A DNA stretch of 64,000 nt from the IMG/VR virus record IMGVR_UViG_3300028588_000015, positions 128,001-192,000 of that record. One strand, written 5' to 3'. Origin of the DNA: a virus. Its lineage: Duplodnaviria > Caudoviricetes. A program made the position numbers and the translations under genes. Below the pieces are notes generated by a model, which searched no databases, was not told the DNA's origin, and worked only from the letters and a program-made list of their open reading frames with translations. Within the stretch, counting starts at the first letter, position 1. Every line of letters begins with the position of its first letter. This document shows, piece by piece, positions 34,903 to 43,137 of the stretch.

Positions 34903-37848
34903 GCGCCCATCGACAACAAGACTGAAGCTGATCGTCGTCGCCACCGATGGGTCATTGGCTTGGCGAACATTGATCGTCACTGTCGCGTTGACCGCGTCGT
35001 CGGGACTACTGTCTCGAGAATCGACCAACAGACCGCTGCTTAACGTACCCCACGTGCCGTGGGGAATAGACGAGTTTACAAACCCGTTATCCGGGTTGTT
35101 ATAGTAATCCACCATCACCATGGCTTCGAAGCCGGCTGCATTGCCGTTCAGGAAGCGGCCCGACTGCGATGGCGTTTTGTCACCCGTACCTTGTCCCGCA
35201 ATAGCCCACGTACCGTCAGCATTCAGCCTGAACGTCATGGTGGCCATGGAACCAGGACTGTACGAATACAGGTTAGCCGGAATGTTGTTAATCCCGCTGC
35301 TGAAAGGATTCACATAGCCGCAATACGCGCTCTTGGCTTCCAGCAACTGTGCATAGCTACCGCCATTGCCGTCGGCGACAGATTGGTACTTGTCGTACTC
35401 TTGGCAGTATACGCTCAGGACTGTGCCCGCTGGCGGGTATTCATCCCATCCGGTGATAAATGACACCGCATCGGAATACGGTGAGTTAATTTGTCCCGCA
35501 GCGCTGGTGGCATAGTAATGCGCGTAGACCGTATACGTCTTGTGGTTTTGCAACGCATTCGAGGGGATACTGATACTGCCAGGATCGCCTGCGACGGTGA
35601 CGTGATCGTAGACTAAATTACCATCGCTGTCGTATACATTGCAGCGTGAGCCGCCATACGCCACGGTCCCATCGTTATTGTTGATAACCATGGGATTTAA
35701 ACGAAGCGCGAGGGCGGCGTCTTTACTCGACAAGACAACGCCATTCGGCGACCACCACGTGGGTTTCGCGAGCGACGGTACTGGTGGTGGTGTATAGCCG
35801 CAGGTCGGGCTGTTGGTCTGGTACAGTTGGTTGTATGAACCGCCGTTGCCATCGGCATATGTACGCCACAGATCAAAACCCTGACAGTACTGGTTCAGCA
35901 CGGTGCCTGCTGCCGGGGGCGAATAACCGCAGATCGTCGCATTCGTTTCCACCAAGACCGTGGTGTAACCACCATTGCCGTCAGCGATCTTATTGTACTT
36001 ATCGTATTCTACGCATGTGTAGCCGATCACAGTGCCTTGTGGTGGATACTGTGGCGGTGGAACGTAGCCACAGTCAAGGCTGTTCTGTTCCAGCAACTGC
36101 TCGTGGTCAGTGCCGTCACCATTGGCAATGCGTTGGTACTTGTCTGTTCCTTTGCAATACGTGGCCAGAACAGTACCAGCGGCAGGTGGTGGTACATAGC
36201 CGCATTGAAGGCTATTGATCTCCTTGACAATGTCGGTTTCACCGCCAAGACCGTCAGCGTAGACTACGTGCAGGGTGAATGTCCCATACTCGCAATAACG
36301 ACGCAGCTCTGTGCCCGCAGCTGGCGGCGGGATGTAGCCACACTCTATGCTCTTTGGTTGAATGAGTTGATCATACTGACCATAGTTACCGTCAGCGTAC
36401 GTACCCCATAGTTCGGTCGTGCCGGGCTTGCAGTAGCGACCAAGTTCAGTGCCTGGCGGCGTCGGTGGTACATAACCACAATCACCACTCTTGGCAGCGA
36501 TGATCTGCTCGAACTCACCATAATTACCATTAGCGTAAATGCCCCACAGGTCCACACCCTTGCAGAAGCGGCGCAGTTCAGTCCCGTATGGGATCGGTGG
36601 CACATAACCGCATTCGAGACTCTTGGGGTCGATGACCTGCTGGTACTCGCCATAGTTACCGTCCGCATAGGCGCCCCATTTTTCCACACCTTGGCAATAC
36701 GTACGCAGCAGCGTGCCATACGGGATGGGTGGGATGTACCCACACTCAAGACTCTTTTCTTCCCACAGCTGTTCGTATTCCCCATTGCGGCCATCCGCGT
36801 AGACGTGCCACATCTGGATATCTTTACAATACGTTCGCAGGAGTGTTCCGGCGGCCGGGTATGGCGGCACCGTGTCGAATGCCGCAGCAGCCGACCAGTC
36901 GGAATAGGCACCTTCGACGTCCGTATACCTGAAACGCCAGTAGTACCGCTTTGATCCTTGAAGAAGCTCCGGCGGCTGATATGATTGCACGGACGCGTCA
37001 ACAGTTGCGAGAAATTGAATGTCCGTAAAATCCGACGAGAGCGCCACATGAATCTGCGCTTGTTTTAGTGCGATACCGAAGAGTGAGTAATAATGCGAAC
37101 CCTCAAACGGTGTTTCTAATTTTACGCCAGTCGCGCCATTTGCCGGTACAAGCGCTTTTGGCCGGCGCACTGCGGGCAAAGTCGTGACAAGGTCTGACTT
37201 TTTGGCAAACTGGGGATGTGGGTCGGCATTTGCAATGTGCCCCGCCATGAGCGCGTCCACGCCCTCTTTGATATGCGTGGCGGAAGTACTGCGCAAGTTT
37301 TGAATCACACCCGTCACTTGCAACCGCGCTGCATCTTCGCCAACACTACTGGCCGACTGCATCCGGTGGATCGCGTCTTCCAAATACTCGGTGCCGTAAA
37401 CTTCCGATACGTGGTGCAGGTGGGGTGCCGGATTAAAGCGTTCGGGCTTATCGATGATGTCTTCCCAGCGGACATTCTCTTCACCCGACCCCAACTGGGT
37501 CAATGCTTCGATCAATTTCTTTTTCGAGTAACTGTCCCAGCGCCCCATTGCTTGGTAAGTAATGGTGATGTTATTGCTGACAGCCGGATCGGTAATCAAA
37601 ACGATGGTGCAAATACGACGGCCGTATTTCTTGGTTTCTTCGGCCAGCATCTCGCCGGCGCGGTACTGCTGACTTGTCAGTGTTTTACCGGTATCCGCGT
37701 CTTTAACAATCAAACTGGCGACAAAGAAAGCACCGTAATCGGGCACTGCAATACGAACAGGGCGATTAACCAGCACATGCGGCTCATTCGCCACCTTGTT
37801 TGAAGGCGCTTTGCCGCTTCGGTCCAACGGGAAATAAATAGAATCCAT
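34426..37848 (-). CDS. Tail fibre-like protein with Cys repeats and C-terminal Hint domain
   Basis: N-domain shared with three adjacent paralogs (phiKZ gp131-like); FN3-like YYWR...WS domain; nine repeats; C-terminal CFALGT...TxxH...THN. Confidence 0.85.
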   Translation of the reverse strand: MDSIYFPLDRSGKAPSNKVANEPHVLVNRPVRIAVPDYGAFFVASLIVKDADTGKTLTSQQYRAGEMLAEETKKYGRRICTIVLITDPAVSNNITITYQAMGRWDSYSKKKLIEALTQLGSGEENVRWEDIIDKPERFNPAPHLHHVSEVYGTEYLEDAIHRMQSASSVGEDAARLQVTGVIQNLRSTSATHIKEGVDALMAGHIANADPHPQFAKKSDLVTTLPAVRRPKALVPANGATGVKLETPFEGSHYYSLFGIALKQAQIHVALSSDFTDIQFLATVDASVQSYQPPELLQGSKRYYWRFRYTDVEGAYSDWSAAAAFDTVPPYPAAGTLLRTYCKDIQMWHVYADGRNGEYEQLWEEKSLECGYIPPIPYGTLLRTYCQGVEKWGAYADGNYGEYQQVIDPKSLECGYVPPIPYGTELRRFCKGVDLWGIYANGNYGEFEQIIAAKSGDCGYVPPTPPGTELGRYCKPGTTELWGTYADGNYGQYDQLIQPKSIECGYIPPPAAGTELRRYCEYGTFTLHVVYADGLGGETDIVKEINSLQCGYVPPPAAGTVLATYCKGTDKYQRIANGDGTDHEQLLEQNSLDCGYVPPPQYPPQGTVIGYTCVEYDKYNKIADGNGGYTTVLVETNATICGYSPPAAGTVLNQYCQGFDLWRTYADGNGGSYNQLYQTNSPTCGYTPPPVPSLAKPTWWSPNGVVLSSKDAALALRLNPMVINNNDGTVAYGGSRCNVYDSDGNLVYDHVTVAGDPGSISIPSNALQNHKTYTVYAHYYATSAAGQINSPYSDAVSFITGWDEYPPAGTVLSVYCQEYDKYQSVADGNGGSYAQLLEAKSAYCGYVNPFSSGINNIPANLYSYSPGSMATMTFRLNADGTWAIAGQGTGDKTPSQSGRFLNGNAAGFEAMVMVDYYNNPDNGFVNSSIPHGTWGTLSSGLLVDSRDSSPDDAVNATVTINVRQANDPSVATTISFSLVVDGRCFALGTVLHTPLGDRLVDDLVEGDMVSSFSEPTMLDSSVHNWESWTVENISRVSVNEVSSVRQCKRFVLNKSVKLNGLHSTLTHTHFVYDKALNVYRWKEAGDVVVGDAFVSMNRELIPVISVKRIDVPTTFVALNVEDLDTLEVKLGDKYILTHNLS
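35783..36862 (-). repeat. Eight tandem 43-46-aa two-cysteine repeats; a ninth lies at about 35311-35445
   Basis: Consensus P.GT.L..YC....W..YADG.GG.Y.Q.....S..CGY.PP read from the translation. Confidence 0.9.
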
Positions 37849-37862
37849 ACCAACTCCCTAAG

Positions 37863-38852
37863 TTACGAAGTGGTGAACGATGTCGCGGTAGACCACGGGG
37901 ACCATTCGCCTTCGGTATTTTGATAAGACACGCGCCAGAAGTAACGCGTATTTGCAGACAGCGCCGACGCGTGTGTGTAGTTCTGTACTGCACCCAAGGT
38001 AACATCGGCGACCATGTTCGTGAAGTCACGCGCCAAAGCGATTTGAATCCGCATCGCCTTTTGCGGAATACCGTAAAGGGCACGATAGGCATTGCAAGCA
38101 AAGGCCACGTTATTGCGGGTGACCGTTTTGGTTTGGTCCCCTGGGCTGACGTTCTTGGGGCGGCGCACTTGGGCGTATGCCAATAGCAGGGCGTTGCCAA
38201 CTTCCGACTTCTTCAGGTAATACGGGTGAGCATTCGCGTCGCCCACGTGCGCATCCATGAGGCCTTGTGCGTCTGTCGGGATGCCCGTGCCATATGGACC
38301 CAAAATGTCACTGGCGTACTTCAACACCGCGTCGTAGGTGGACACCCTACCATTGACGATCGTGCCGCTCACTGCGTTCATTGCATTTTCCAGACTGGCA
38401 AAACCGAATTCATCGTCCGTAAAGTCAGCAGGGGTGAGTGCAGGTGGGTGGGGCAGAACGTCCGTCCATGCGGGTGACCGGGCACTGGCCAAACGGCGGG
38501 TAAGCATGGCAACCACGTCCGTTTCTGGCACACTGTACGGGCCGCCGACCACTTGGTAATTCACCTTGACCGTATTGCTCACTGCGGGATCAGTAATGAC
38601 AATCAAGCCGCAAATGTCTTTCTTGTACTTTGAGGTGGGTATGTTGTAACGCCATGCGGCGTAGTACTGGCTTTTTGCCAGAGGCTGATTGTTGGCAGTA
38701 TCTACCAGTACCAGCGAGGTAGCGAAGAATGCACCAAAACGCAGCGCGAAAACCCGCAGACCTGTGTTCGGCACAGCACAGACTTCCCCTTGGACCAAAT
38801 TGTTGACACTGGTACCGCTAGGGTCAAGTGGGTAAGTATCGAGAGACGACAT
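37863..38852 (-). CDS. Tail fibre family virion protein
   Basis: YPLDPSG...N.V..E...FGAFF..SL...ITDPAVSN N-domain; HVGDANAHP motif; C-terminal FN3-like YFWRV...WSPWS. Confidence 0.82.
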   Translation of the reverse strand: MSSLDTYPLDPSGTSVNNLVQGEVCAVPNTGLRVFALRFGAFFATSLVLVDTANNQPLAKSQYYAAWRYNIPTSKYKKDICGLIVITDPAVSNTVKVNYQVVGGPYSVPETDVVAMLTRRLASARSPAWTDVLPHPPALTPADFTDDEFGFASLENAMNAVSGTIVNGRVSTYDAVLKYASDILGPYGTGIPTDAQGLMDAHVGDANAHPYYLKKSEVGNALLLAYAQVRRPKNVSPGDQTKTVTRNNVAFACNAYRALYGIPQKAMRIQIALARDFTNMVADVTLGAVQNYTHASALSANTRYFWRVSYQNTEGEWSPWSTATSFTTS

Positions 38853-38867
38853 GACGACTCCTTCTTA

Positions 38868-39866
38868 TTAAACGGCGCGGGTACTGAAGTACGTCACGGC
38901 ACTCCAGTCTGACCACGACAGGTCGTCCGACTGGTACCGGGCGCGCCAAAAGAACATGGTGTTGGCGGTTAGCAAACTGTCGATTTGGTAGGTATCCGTA
39001 ACCCCTTCCAGTACAACATCTTTTTCGAGCGTGCCAAACGAATTGTCGCGGGCAATTTGGACTTGGATTGCTTTTTGCGGATTGCGGTACATCGAATAAT
39101 ACGGCGATAGCTTGAATGCCAGATTACGCTGCACACCCGCTGCACCCTGTGAGGGTGTGATTCCCGCAGGAGTGCGTACCGTGAAGACGACGCTGTCGAC
39201 TTTAGTGCGCAAAATGTACTGGCTATGTGCCATGGGGTCGACCGCGTGTTTGGCCAGCAGTTTCGATGCCAAAGCCGATGCAACTGCGGCGAGCGACTGC
39301 TTCATCGTGTCGACGTAGCGATAGTAGTTGTCGTAATCGATTACCGAAGAAACTTCCATGGCCATGCGCGCACGCTCTACCGCATGAACAACTGGTTCGA
39401 AACCATAGATATCGCCGAGATCGTGAAGGTGGCGGACGGGGTTGAATTCAGTTGGGCGATTTTCGATTGCCATGTATTCGACAGAACGGCTATCGAGTTT
39501 TGCGATCTCGATCATGTCTAGAATTGGCAACAGTAAGTCTTCGTATTCGCCACCCACCACTTGGTACTGCAATTCCACGGTGTTACTGACGTGCGGGTCG
39601 GTAATCACAATTACTGCGCTGACCTCTTGACTAAAGCGTGCTGTCGGCTCAGCAATAATTCGGCTAATGATGTAATGCACACCACGCTCCAGTACGGTGT
39701 TACTGGCGCTGTCACGGATTTTCAGCGAGGCGGAGAAGAAAGCACCATAGGTCGGCACGATTGCTCGCCGTGCACGGCTTTCAAGGGTACGTGCTTCTCT
39801 TTGGACGAGATTACCCGGACTCTTTCCGGATGGATCGAGTGGATAACGGTGAAGATATCGGGACAT
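38868..39866 (-). CDS. Tail fibre family virion protein
   Basis: Same N-domain and C-terminal FWRARY...WSDWS as the neighbours. Confidence 0.82.
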   Translation of the reverse strand: MSRYLHRYPLDPSGKSPGNLVQREARTLESRARRAIVPTYGAFFSASLKIRDSASNTVLERGVHYIISRIIAEPTARFSQEVSAVIVITDPHVSNTVELQYQVVGGEYEDLLLPILDMIEIAKLDSRSVEYMAIENRPTEFNPVRHLHDLGDIYGFEPVVHAVERARMAMEVSSVIDYDNYYRYVDTMKQSLAAVASALASKLLAKHAVDPMAHSQYILRTKVDSVVFTVRTPAGITPSQGAAGVQRNLAFKLSPYYSMYRNPQKAIQVQIARDNSFGTLEKDVVLEGVTDTYQIDSLLTANTMFFWRARYQSDDLSWSDWSAVTYFSTRAV

Positions 39867-39952
39867 AAGGGCTCCGGATTAAAAGGTTACTATGCGAAAT
39901 AAACCAGCAACATGGCACTGTAGGCCACGCTGCTGGTTGGCATAGAAAGAAA

Positions 39953-40654
39953 TCAGGTATGGTAAGCCTGCACGTGGGCGGCTATCGCATCGGCTGCTGC
40001 CTTCGTCGCCATGGCTTGTGCTTGGGCATTCGTGGGTGCATCCAGCTGGGCGGCCGTCGTACCGTGGGGGTTGTTCTTGTCGCTCTTGTGACTGGCCAAG
40101 TCTTGACCGCCGCGCTGCGCAATTGTTGCAGTCATGGCGTTCAGGGCTGTTACCAGCGCTTCCATGCCTTTGAGATCGATGAGGCTGTATTCATGATCGA
40201 TCACCGGGAAAGCATTGGGTAGGTTGATGAGTTGTTCCCACGACGTCACGCGCGGGTTACCGATACGATTGGCCAGCAATTCAGCCAGTTCGGTATCACT
40301 TGGGACCCATCCACCACCGACCGTATTGTAGACCAAGGTGACCTTGCCGACCAACGCGGTGTTCAAAAAGCTAATGGAACCCCAGATCGGTTTGGCAGTG
40401 CTGTAGGACGCGTCGACAAAAGGATGAGAACAATAGTAGTCGATGTTCTTGTCCAGCGTACGCGGTGTATTCGTGACGCTGTCAACAAACACAATCGACA
40501 ATGAATCTTCAAAGAACGGCGCGACCTTGGGGACGATGAAGTAGTAATCACGCGGATTGGCGCCCGACAGGATTTGCTGTTCCCCGGTGATCTTGTTAGA
40601 GACTTTCGTACCCGTCGGATCGAACGGATACGACGTGGCGGTAATTGTGGACAT
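39953..40654 (-). CDS. Tail fibre family virion protein (gp130-like)
   Basis: YPFDPTG..SNKI..E; VPKVAPFF; FPVIDHE; HKSDKNNPHGTT motif. Confidence 0.8.
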   Translation of the reverse strand: MSTITATSYPFDPTGTKVSNKITGEQQILSGANPRDYYFIVPKVAPFFEDSLSIVFVDSVTNTPRTLDKNIDYYCSHPFVDASYSTAKPIWGSISFLNTALVGKVTLVYNTVGGGWVPSDTELAELLANRIGNPRVTSWEQLINLPNAFPVIDHEYSLIDLKGMEALVTALNAMTATIAQRGGQDLASHKSDKNNPHGTTAAQLDAPTNAQAQAMATKAAADAIAAHVQAYHT

Positions 40655-40747
40655 CTAGAAGCCCTCCAGGGGTAATCCGATATGTTATGGGCTCGACTGA
40701 GCAACTATATAATTTGTAAATTGCACCTTTCAAAGGCGAAATTCATC

Positions 40748-41983
40748 ATGTACACATTGGTTGAAGCAATCGCACGACCCATCGGCGGTGGTGGACGATG
40801 GACGGCCATCGCACTGGGAGACATGCTTCTCCCAAGCGTATTTTCCACTTATGACCAAGTGCTGGCGACCTTGACCAACCCGTACCTGTCGGGCAAGGTC
40901 TGTCTCGATCTGGCCACGATCCGAGCTGATTATGGCAGCCAAGACATTACCTTCAATAGTTTCTTGGAAGTTCAGGGTAATGTAACGCTGGACACAAGCG
41001 ATACATTACCGGTCCTCAAGACCCGCTATGCCAAGTATAACGACGCGATCCGCGCCAAGTACCACGTCCAATCGATCCATCCGAGCGCGGCGCTCGACGC
41101 ACAGTTGCCGGCTTCGGAGCGTACGTGGCTCCTGATGACCAAAGCAGGACTGGATTACAATCTCTTCTATGAAAGCGCCTTGGTGTCGGTCAATGGGTTC
41201 ATCCATCCGACCGACGTAAGCCAGGACGGTATCTACGTCAAAGAAGGCATGGTGTCACGCAACATGTCGGGCAAAGCGGAGATTGGTGTGTACTCGTTCC
41301 GCGAGCTTGGCAAACTCAGCTTTGTGCCGATCACGCCCGAGATGGTCTACAAGCAAGACGCGTCGCAACTCTTCAAAGACCGTGCTCACGTTGACCTCGG
41401 TATCGATGTGTCGAACAAAACGGTGATGCTGGTCCTGGGAGGCTACTTCCATGTCCTGGATGAACGCACCTTCTACCGTGTTAGTGATTCGGCTTTTGCT
41501 GTCGTCTTCAACAACTTGCCACTGTTCGACCGCTTTTACGATTCACGCAAGTACATCGATCTGAGTTCCCTGAATGTGGAAATCAGCGATAACAATCCGT
41601 CGCACTTTTCGGTAGAAGATTTGTTGTCTGACGCCGCCTTGCGCGCATACCTGACTCTGCCGCAATCGTTCTTCGTGATCCTCGACAACCCGAACGTATT
41701 CGTCGAATACGCGCCCGTGCGCACCACCATGTTGCCGGGCCTATACATCAGCGATGTGCCGCCAGCGTACCCACTCCTGTCGGAAATCGGAAAGATGGTG
41801 AACTACTGGTATCACTATGAGAATGAGCAATACTCGATTACCGCCACCGATGCTTACCGTCACGACTACAATTACCGTACTGTGGCTGCTCGTAATGCGT
41901 TGAGTCTCGGCGATACTCGGAATACGGCTCGGCCTCTCGCCAATGGCGATTTGCGGTACTTACAGATTGGTGCTGATCTCTAG
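40748..41983 (+). CDS. Conserved phiKZ-like virion structural protein
   Basis: ALVSVNGFIH; VMLVLGGYFH; YLTLPQSFFV; convergent with the spike gene. Confidence 0.72.
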   Translation: MYTLVEAIARPIGGGGRWTAIALGDMLLPSVFSTYDQVLATLTNPYLSGKVCLDLATIRADYGSQDITFNSFLEVQGNVTLDTSDTLPVLKTRYAKYNDAIRAKYHVQSIHPSAALDAQLPASERTWLLMTKAGLDYNLFYESALVSVNGFIHPTDVSQDGIYVKEGMVSRNMSGKAEIGVYSFRELGKLSFVPITPEMVYKQDASQLFKDRAHVDLGIDVSNKTVMLVLGGYFHVLDERTFYRVSDSAFAVVFNNLPLFDRFYDSRKYIDLSSLNVEISDNNPSHFSVEDLLSDAALRAYLTLPQSFFVILDNPNVFVEYAPVRTTMLPGLYISDVPPAYPLLSEIGKMVNYWYHYENEQYSITATDAYRHDYNYRTVAARNALSLGDTRNTARPLANGDLRYLQIGADL

Positions 41984-41997
41984 TTTTTTTGGTGCCA

Positions 41998-42045
41998 CCT
42001 ACGGCTTACCCGTCAGTTCGGGGTAAGCCGTAGGGCTGTATGCCG
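41998..42045. terminator. Hairpin between convergent genes plus TATGCCG
   Basis: cctacggcttaccc / gggtaagccgtagg; no U tract on either side. Confidence 0.65.
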
Positions 42046-42046
42046 T

Positions 42047-43066
42047 TTATCGAATATTCGGTGCCGTGACGTTGCCAGTTGACTTGATCGAGTCTACCGC
42101 CAACATGCCGCCACCCGCAAAGTCAAAACCACCACTCAGCGAGGAGATGCTACCGCCCACCGCGAAGCCGCCCGAGAAGGTGGCTTTCTGCGTGACATTA
42201 AGTTTACCACTGATGCTGTAGTCACCTTTATGGTTGGTCTTGGCGGTGATAGTGTTGTCATCCGCTGTCAACTCATTGGTGGACGCCGTGATGACGTTCT
42301 TGGTCGCTTTCAAGGTATTGTTGGTAATCGTACCAATCATGTCAGTGGCGTCGATCGTGACCTTTTTGGATTTAAGAGCAATCAAGTCTTCAGCTTCAAA
42401 GTGAATCTCGCGCTTGTCAATCAGGACTCTGGAGCCATCGTTGTTGAGCATCTCCAGCTGCCGCTCAATCGAATTGAGCATAAACGACTGGCCGAGCGTA
42501 TCTTGGATTTGCAGGAAGCCTTCGGCGCCATTGATCTGGATATCGAAACCGGCTTTTTCTTTATTGGCCACCGAGGTATGTAAGTGGATGATTTTGGTAT
42601 GGGTCGACAATTCGATGAAGTAACAGTTGTTGATGTCGAATGGCGCCTTTTCATCAGGATTGGCACTGAACGCCCAGACCACTGTTTCCAACTTACGCAG
42701 CCCAAGGTCATCCATCTCGGTCCAGTAATACGGTTCGGCTTCATCGAACTGCCAGACCATCACTCGTGAACCGCGACGCAAGTCCGGCGGCGACAAACGG
42801 TTGCCGCGGGCAAAAGGTAGCCAGATGGCCTTGATAGAGTTAGAGGTATCGGTCTCAACACTATACGCAGAACCATCCATGTCGGTGCCGGATGCCTTCA
42901 GCTTTTCGATATTGTCCGACAACTCACCATCGACCATCTGGAGTTGCTCGACCAAGACCACTTCAATTTCTTCGTTAAACGGTTTCTTGGGGTCGCCTGA
43001 CGCTAGGGGTTTGTTGGCGGCCACATAGCCAATCGAGCGAAATACCAAACGAGATGGACTCAACAT
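42047..43066 (-). CDS. Baseplate central spike protein (gp5/gpV-like)
   Basis: OB-fold-like PPDLRRGSRVMVW followed by beta-helix-type T/N/I repeats and a Gly-rich tip. Confidence 0.7.
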   Translation of the reverse strand: MLSPSRLVFRSIGYVAANKPLASGDPKKPFNEEIEVVLVEQLQMVDGELSDNIEKLKASGTDMDGSAYSVETDTSNSIKAIWLPFARGNRLSPPDLRRGSRVMVWQFDEAEPYYWTEMDDLGLRKLETVVWAFSANPDEKAPFDINNCYFIELSTHTKIIHLHTSVANKEKAGFDIQINGAEGFLQIQDTLGQSFMLNSIERQLEMLNNDGSRVLIDKREIHFEAEDLIALKSKKVTIDATDMIGTITNNTLKATKNVITASTNELTADDNTITAKTNHKGDYSISGKLNVTQKATFSGGFAVGGSISSLSGGFDFAGGGMLAVDSIKSTGNVTAPNIR

Positions 43067-43137
43067 TTTCTTTTATTCCTTATCAAAAATTACGCACTTG
43101 GCACATGCTGTAGGCAAGCAAAACCAATAAGGCTAAC

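Noticed and set aside
35311-36862. CRISPR array or DGR template/variable repeat
   Set aside because: Repeats are in-frame protein repeats with synonymous divergence; no spacers, no adenine-specific pattern noticed, no reverse transcriptase in the window
39902-39945. GGCATA beside a hairpin as another copy of the heptamer
   Set aside because: Lacks the terminal C/G and is oriented opposite to the other copies
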